A stretch of DNA of 64,000 nt, taken from contig CAVONQ010000006.1 of assembly GCA_963697335.1 (NCBI GenBank), forward strand, positions 64,001 to 128,000. Direction: 5' to 3'. The notes under the pieces were generated by a model, which saw only the letters and a program-made list of their open reading frames with translations, searched no databases and was not told where the DNA came from. Made by a program: the position numbers and the translations under genes. The DNA comes from an uncultured cyanobacterium (lineage in GTDB: Bacteria; Cyanobacteriota; Cyanobacteriia; PCC-6307; Cyanobiaceae). Shown here in pieces: positions 59,822 through 64,000 of this stretch; position 1 is the stretch's first letter, and every line of letters starts with the position of its first letter.

Positions 59822-60094
59822 TCAGCCGTAGAAGAAGGCGATCTCCTTGGCCTTGAGCCCCTCCCAGCCGGCCGCCTTGAGGCGGGCGTCGAGGCTGGCC
59901 TGGTCCAGGTGTTTGGAGCCGGTCTTGACCACCCGGTTGCGCATCGATTTGGTCACGCCGCTGCGGGCGCGGCGGCTTTCGAGCTCCATCACCTCGGTGT
60001 AGAGGCTGAGCATGCCTGCGGGGATGGGTGAACCGTCCAGGTCCACACCCGCCTGGATGGCGGCATCGACACCATCAGGACCGGCAATCGCCAT
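59822..60094 (-). CDS. DUF4090-like protein
   Basis: GVDLDGSPIP, LESRRARSGVTKSMRNRVVKTG, KEIAFFY. Confidence 0.8.
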   Translation of the reverse strand: MAIAGPDGVDAAIQAGVDLDGSPIPAGMLSLYTEVMELESRRARSGVTKSMRNRVVKTGSKHLDQASLDARLKAAGWEGLKAKEIAFFYG

Positions 60095-60153
60095 GGAGAC
60101 TCCAGGGAGGAGGCCCCAGGCTACGGGGCATTCAGGCGCCATCCGGCACGCCT

Positions 60154-63100
60154 TCAGGCACTGAAGTAGCGGGCTTTGCTGTGCAGGGCCACAAGGGCCG
60201 TGGTGCTCTGCTCGGGCTCCAGCTGGTCGCTCTCGTCCATGCTCAGCCCGATGCGTTCAGCGCCGAGCCACTCCAGTTGCTGGCGCGAGTCAGCCACGTT
60301 CGGGCAGGCCGGGTAGCCGAAGGAGTAGCGGCTGCCGCGGTAGCGCTGGGCCAGCACGTCGCGCAGTGCCTGGGGCTCTTGGGCCGCGAAGCCCAGCTCC
60401 CGGCGGATGCGGGCGTGGAGCCACTCGGCGAGGGCCTCGGCCAGCTGCACGCCCAGGCCGTGGAAGTAGAGGTAGTCGGTGTACTGGTCGGCCGCGAACA
60501 GCTGCCGGGCAAACTGGCTGGCCCGCTCGCCCATGGTCACCGCCTGCATGGGCATCACGTCGGTGGCCACGGGCTCGCCTGCGGGGCCGCTGGCCAGGTC
60601 GCGGTAGAAGTCAGCGATGCAGTAGCGGTTGCCACCACGCTGGCGCGGCAGCTCGAAGCGCCCCAGCTGCCGCTCGGGCTGCTGGGGGTCGAACAGCAGC
60701 ACGGCATTGCCCTGGCGGCCGCAGGGAAAGTACCCATAGGCCACCCGGGGAGTGAGCAGCTGCTCCTCAAGGCAGCGCTGCCGCCACTGCTGCAGCACCG
60801 GTTCCGCCTTGGCGGTCAGCATGGCCTCGTAGGCCTCGCGGCTCTGCTGCTGGGTCTTGCGCAGCTGCCACTGACCGGCAAAGAGGGCGTTGCGATCGAG
60901 ATAGGCGAACACCTCCTGCAGCGGAATCTCGGCCTCACTGAGCACGCGGCTGCCCCAGAACGGTGGATCCAGGGCCGGCTCCTCCGGCACGTTGTCGGAG
61001 CGGTGATCGTTGGGGCCAGCCTGGGCTTTCTGGGCGACTTCAGCCGGGGCCGCCTCGGCGAGTGTTGCTTCCCCGTCCTCTGCAACGGGTCCGGAGCTGT
61101 CGCCGGGCTCCGCTGCGGGGCCATCGCTGAGACCTACGCCCTCCGGGGTGCCGTTGAGAAACCCCTGATGGTCGTCCCAGCCATCAGCCGCCTTGGCCTC
61201 CATCAGAGCGTCCATGAAGCGCAGATCGGCAAAGGCATCGCGGCCGTACACCACCTGCCCCGCATAGGTGGAGCGGCAGTCGCCATGAACGAAACGAGGC
61301 GTCAGCGCCGCGCCGCCGAGAATCACCGGGGCGGTGATGCCCACCTCATTGAAGGCCGCCAGATTGTCCTTCATGAAGGCAGTGGACTTCACCAGCAGGC
61401 CACTCATGGCGATGCAATCAGCCTGGTGCTTCTGCTGGGCTTCGATGATGGCATCACAGCTTTGTTTGATGCCCAGATTGATCACTTCATAGCCATTATT
61501 TGTGAGGATGATATCAACGAGATTCTTGCCGATATCATGCACATCGCCCTTCACCGTAGCAATCAGAAACTTGCCCTTGCTTGAGCTCTCGCCTTCGAGC
61601 CGCTCCATGTGGGGTTCCAGGGTGGCCACGGCCGCCTTCATGGTTTCAGCGCTCTGCAACACAAACGGCAGCTGCATCTGTCCGGAGCCGAACAACTCGC
61701 CCACCACCTTCATGCCATCCAGCAGGAAGGTGTTGACGATGTGGAGGGCCGGGTAGCGCTGCAGAGCCTCCTCCAGGGAGCCCTCCAGCCCGATGCGCTC
61801 ACCATCGATGATGTGCTGCTTGAGCCGCTCTTCCACCGGCAGATCGGCCAGGGAGGGGCCCGAGGCCCGCGCCTCCTTGGCACTCACTCCCTCAAACAGG
61901 GTGGTGAGCACGGTGAGGGGGTCATAGGTGCAGATCGCACCGGCCTGGTCTGCCTCGAAGCGGCGCTTGTCGTAGATCAGATCGCGGCAGACCTGCTGAT
62001 GCTCCTCACTGATCTTGACCAGCGGCAGGATCTTGGCCGGGCTCACGATGGCCGCATCCATGCCGGCCTGGCAGCACTCGTGCAGAAACACCGAGTTCAG
62101 CACAATCCGCGCTGCTGGAGAGAGGCCAAAGCTCACATTGCTCACGCCGAGCAGCACGTGCACGCCCGGCAGGTTGGCGCGGATCATCCTGATCGACTCC
62201 ACCGTGGCCAAGGCATTGGCACGGTCTTCCTCGATGCCCGTGGAGATCGGCAGGGCCAGGGTGTCGTAGAAGATCTCGTGGGCTGGGATTCCAAATTCCA
62301 GAGCATCGCGATAGGCCCGCTGGGCAATGGCAAATTTGCGTTCGGCCGTGCGGGCCATGCCCTCCTCATCAATCGTGCCCACCACCACGCCGGCCCCGTA
62401 CTGGCGGGCCAGTTCGAGCACCTTGAAGAAGCGTTCATCGCCGTCTTCGTAATTGGTGGAGTTGAGGATGCACTTGCCACCGGCCACCTTCAGGCCCGCT
62501 TCCATCTTCTGCCACTCGGTGGAATCGAGCATCAGTGGCAGGTTCACGTTGGTCACCAGCCGACTCACCAGGGCGCGCATGTCGCGCACCCCATCGCGGC
62601 CCACGAAGTCGACGTTGACGTCGAGGACATGGGCGTTCTCCTTCACCTGGCCCCGCGCCACGGCCACCAGGCCGTCCCAGTCCTCCTCGGCCAGCAGCTC
62701 GCGCACCTTTTTGCTGCCGCTGGCATTGAGGCGTTCGCCAATGATCAGGAAGGAATTGTCCTGGTGGTAGGGCGTGGTGCCGTAGATGGAGGCAGCTGCA
62801 GGCTCCACCTGCAGCAACGGCCGCGCATGGCGGTTTTCGGGGGTGCGCACCGCCCGGGGCGCCGGCCTGAGGCTGGCCGCCATCTCCGTGAGGGCGCCGA
62901 TGTGGGCCGGGGTGGTGCCGCAGCAACCGCCGATCACCTGCACGCCCAGATCTTCGACGAAGTGCATCAGCTGCATCGTCATTTCCACCGGCGTCAGCCG
63001 GTAGTGGGCCACGCCTCCCACGTTCTCCGGCAGGCCCGCATTGGGGATGCAGCTCACCACGAAGGGGCTGTGGGCGCTGAGGTAGCGGATGTGCTCCTTC

Positions 63101-63864
63101 ATCTGCTCGGGCCCGGTGGCGCAGTTGAGGCCCAGCACGTCAATCGGGAACGGCTCCAGGATCGCCACCACGGCGGCGATGTCGGAGCCCACCAGCATCG
63201 TGCCGGTGGTTTCCATCGTGACGCTCACCATCAACGGCCGCCGCTCACCGGTGCGCTCGAAGGCGGTCTCGATCCCCTGGAGCGCCGCCTTGATCTGCAG
63301 CACGTCCTGGCAGGTCTCCACGATGAAGAGATCCACATCGCCGGCCAGCAGGCCCTCAGCCTGCTCGGCGAAGGAGGCCTTCATGGCGTCGAAATCCACG
63401 TGGCCCAGGGTGGGCAGCTTGGTGGTGGGGCCCATGGAGCCGGCCACGAAGCGGGGCTTCTCGGGGGTGCTGTAGGCGTCAGCCACCTCACGGGCCAGCT
63501 CAGCGGCGCGCTTGTTCAGCGCAAAGGCCTGATCGGCGATGTCGTATTCGGCCAGCACCAGGGAGGTGGCCCCGAAGGTGTCGGTTTCGATCACATCGGC
63601 GCCCACCTCCAGAAACTGCCGGTGCACGGCCTGCACCGCATCAGGACGCGTCAGCACCAGATACTCGTTGCAGCCCTCCAGGGCGGCACCACCGAAGTCC
63701 TCAGCCGTGAGATCCATCTGCTGCAGAGAGGTGCCCGTGGCACCGTCGAACACCAGCACCGGCCGCTCGGGGGCGTGCAGGCGCTCGAGGAAGCCCAGGC
63801 GCTGGGGCTTAGAGCCGGCCGAGGGGGCCGAGGCGGCCGGGCTCGATGACAGGGCTGGGGTCAT
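60154..63864 (-). CDS. metH: Cobalamin-dependent methionine synthase
   Basis: [38 protein letters not shown] (B12-binding), [10 protein letters not shown]. Confidence 0.97.
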   Translation of the reverse strand: MTPALSSSPAASAPSAGSKPQRLGFLERLHAPERPVLVFDGATGTSLQQMDLTAEDFGGAALEGCNEYLVLTRPDAVQAVHRQFLEVGADVIETDTFGATSLVLAEYDIADQAFALNKRAAELAREVADAYSTPEKPRFVAGSMGPTTKLPTLGHVDFDAMKASFAEQAEGLLAGDVDLFIVETCQDVLQIKAALQGIETAFERTGERRPLMVSVTMETTGTMLVGSDIAAVVAILEPFPIDVLGLNCATGPEQMKEHIRYLSAHSPFVVSCIPNAGLPENVGGVAHYRLTPVEMTMQLMHFVEDLGVQVIGGCCGTTPAHIGALTEMAASLRPAPRAVRTPENRHARPLLQVEPAAASIYGTTPYHQDNSFLIIGERLNASGSKKVRELLAEEDWDGLVAVARGQVKENAHVLDVNVDFVGRDGVRDMRALVSRLVTNVNLPLMLDSTEWQKMEAGLKVAGGKCILNSTNYEDGDERFFKVLELARQYGAGVVVGTIDEEGMARTAERKFAIAQRAYRDALEFGIPAHEIFYDTLALPISTGIEEDRANALATVESIRMIRANLPGVHVLLGVSNVSFGLSPAARIVLNSVFLHECCQAGMDAAIVSPAKILPLVKISEEHQQVCRDLIYDKRRFEADQAGAICTYDPLTVLTTLFEGVSAKEARASGPSLADLPVEERLKQHIIDGERIGLEGSLEEALQRYPALHIVNTFLLDGMKVVGELFGSGQMQLPFVLQSAETMKAAVATLEPHMERLEGESSSKGKFLIATVKGDVHDIGKNLVDIILTNNGYEVINLGIKQSCDAIIEAQQKHQADCIAMSGLLVKSTAFMKDNLAAFNEVGITAPVILGGAALTPRFVHGDCRSTYAGQVVYGRDAFADLRFMDALMEAKAADGWDDHQGFLNGTPEGVGLSDGPAAEPGDSSGPVAEDGEATLAEAAPAEVAQKAQAGPNDHRSDNVPEEPALDPPFWGSRVLSEAEIPLQEVFAYLDRNALFAGQWQLRKTQQQSREAYEAMLTAKAEPVLQQWRQRCLEEQLLTPRVAYGYFPCGRQGNAVLLFDPQQPERQLGRFELPRQRGGNRYCIADFYRDLASGPAGEPVATDVMPMQAVTMGERASQFARQLFAADQYTDYLYFHGLGVQLAEALAEWLHARIRRELGFAAQEPQALRDVLAQRYRGSRYSFGYPACPNVADSRQQLEWLGAERIGLSMDESDQLEPEQSTTALVALHSKARYFSA

Positions 63865-63888
63865 GGCGTCGGGGTGATGGCTGGGGCG

Positions 63889-64000
63889 TCAGCTGTCGAG
63901 GCGAAGGCGCGTCACCCAATGCTCATAGGCGGGATCGCGGCCTTCCGTGATCGCCACGAGCCGCTCGCGCAGGCGCTCCATCACCGGGCGCTCCGGGGGC
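63889..64000 (-). CDS. ilvE: Probable branched-chain amino acid aminotransferase, C-terminal end (truncated by window)
   Basis: Translated by hand: PPERPVMERLRERLVAITEGRDPAYEHWVTRLRLDS*. Confidence 0.65.
   Translation of the reverse strand, partial: PPERPVMERLRERLVAITEGRDPAYEHWVTRLRLDS

Noticed and set aside
1993..63849. Many long opposite-strand ORFs (e.g. 1993-4047, 5161-7026, 22183-23751, 61609-63849)
   Set aside because: Shadow ORFs typical of high-GC coding DNA; each mirrors a recognised gene and has no motifs
63865..63888. Cobalamin riboswitch upstream of metH
   Set aside because: Only 24 bp separate the ilvE stop from the metH start; no B12-box

Overview
High-GC picocyanobacterial (Cyanobium/Synechococcus-type) chromosome segment. 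The assignment is inferred from apcD, chlP, pcxA, psb32, ccsA and the glpX-hemA-glgC-gnd-pgl order. It is almost entirely densely packed housekeeping genes (tsf, recG, sir, glyS, typA, lpt, rpe, ilvD, purSQ, metG, rpsR/rpmG, pheT, rlmD, gpsA, metH, ilvE), with one tRNA-Met(CAT). No transposase, integrase, prophage or CRISPR array was seen. The one clear anomaly is a ~1.1 kb stretch with no credible CDS (49213-50308), between apcD and a convergent gene for a ribbon-helix-helix + J-domain fusion protein. By eye it folds on the + strand into nested helices with G-U pairs and GNRA-type loops, closed end to end by a 9-bp helix (49241-49249/50262-50270), and it is rich in GTCTC/GAGAC. It is the best candidate for an undescribed large structured ncRNA or a protein-binding array. 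All calls come from motif recognition by eye; no searches or folding programs were run, and many start codons are best guesses.
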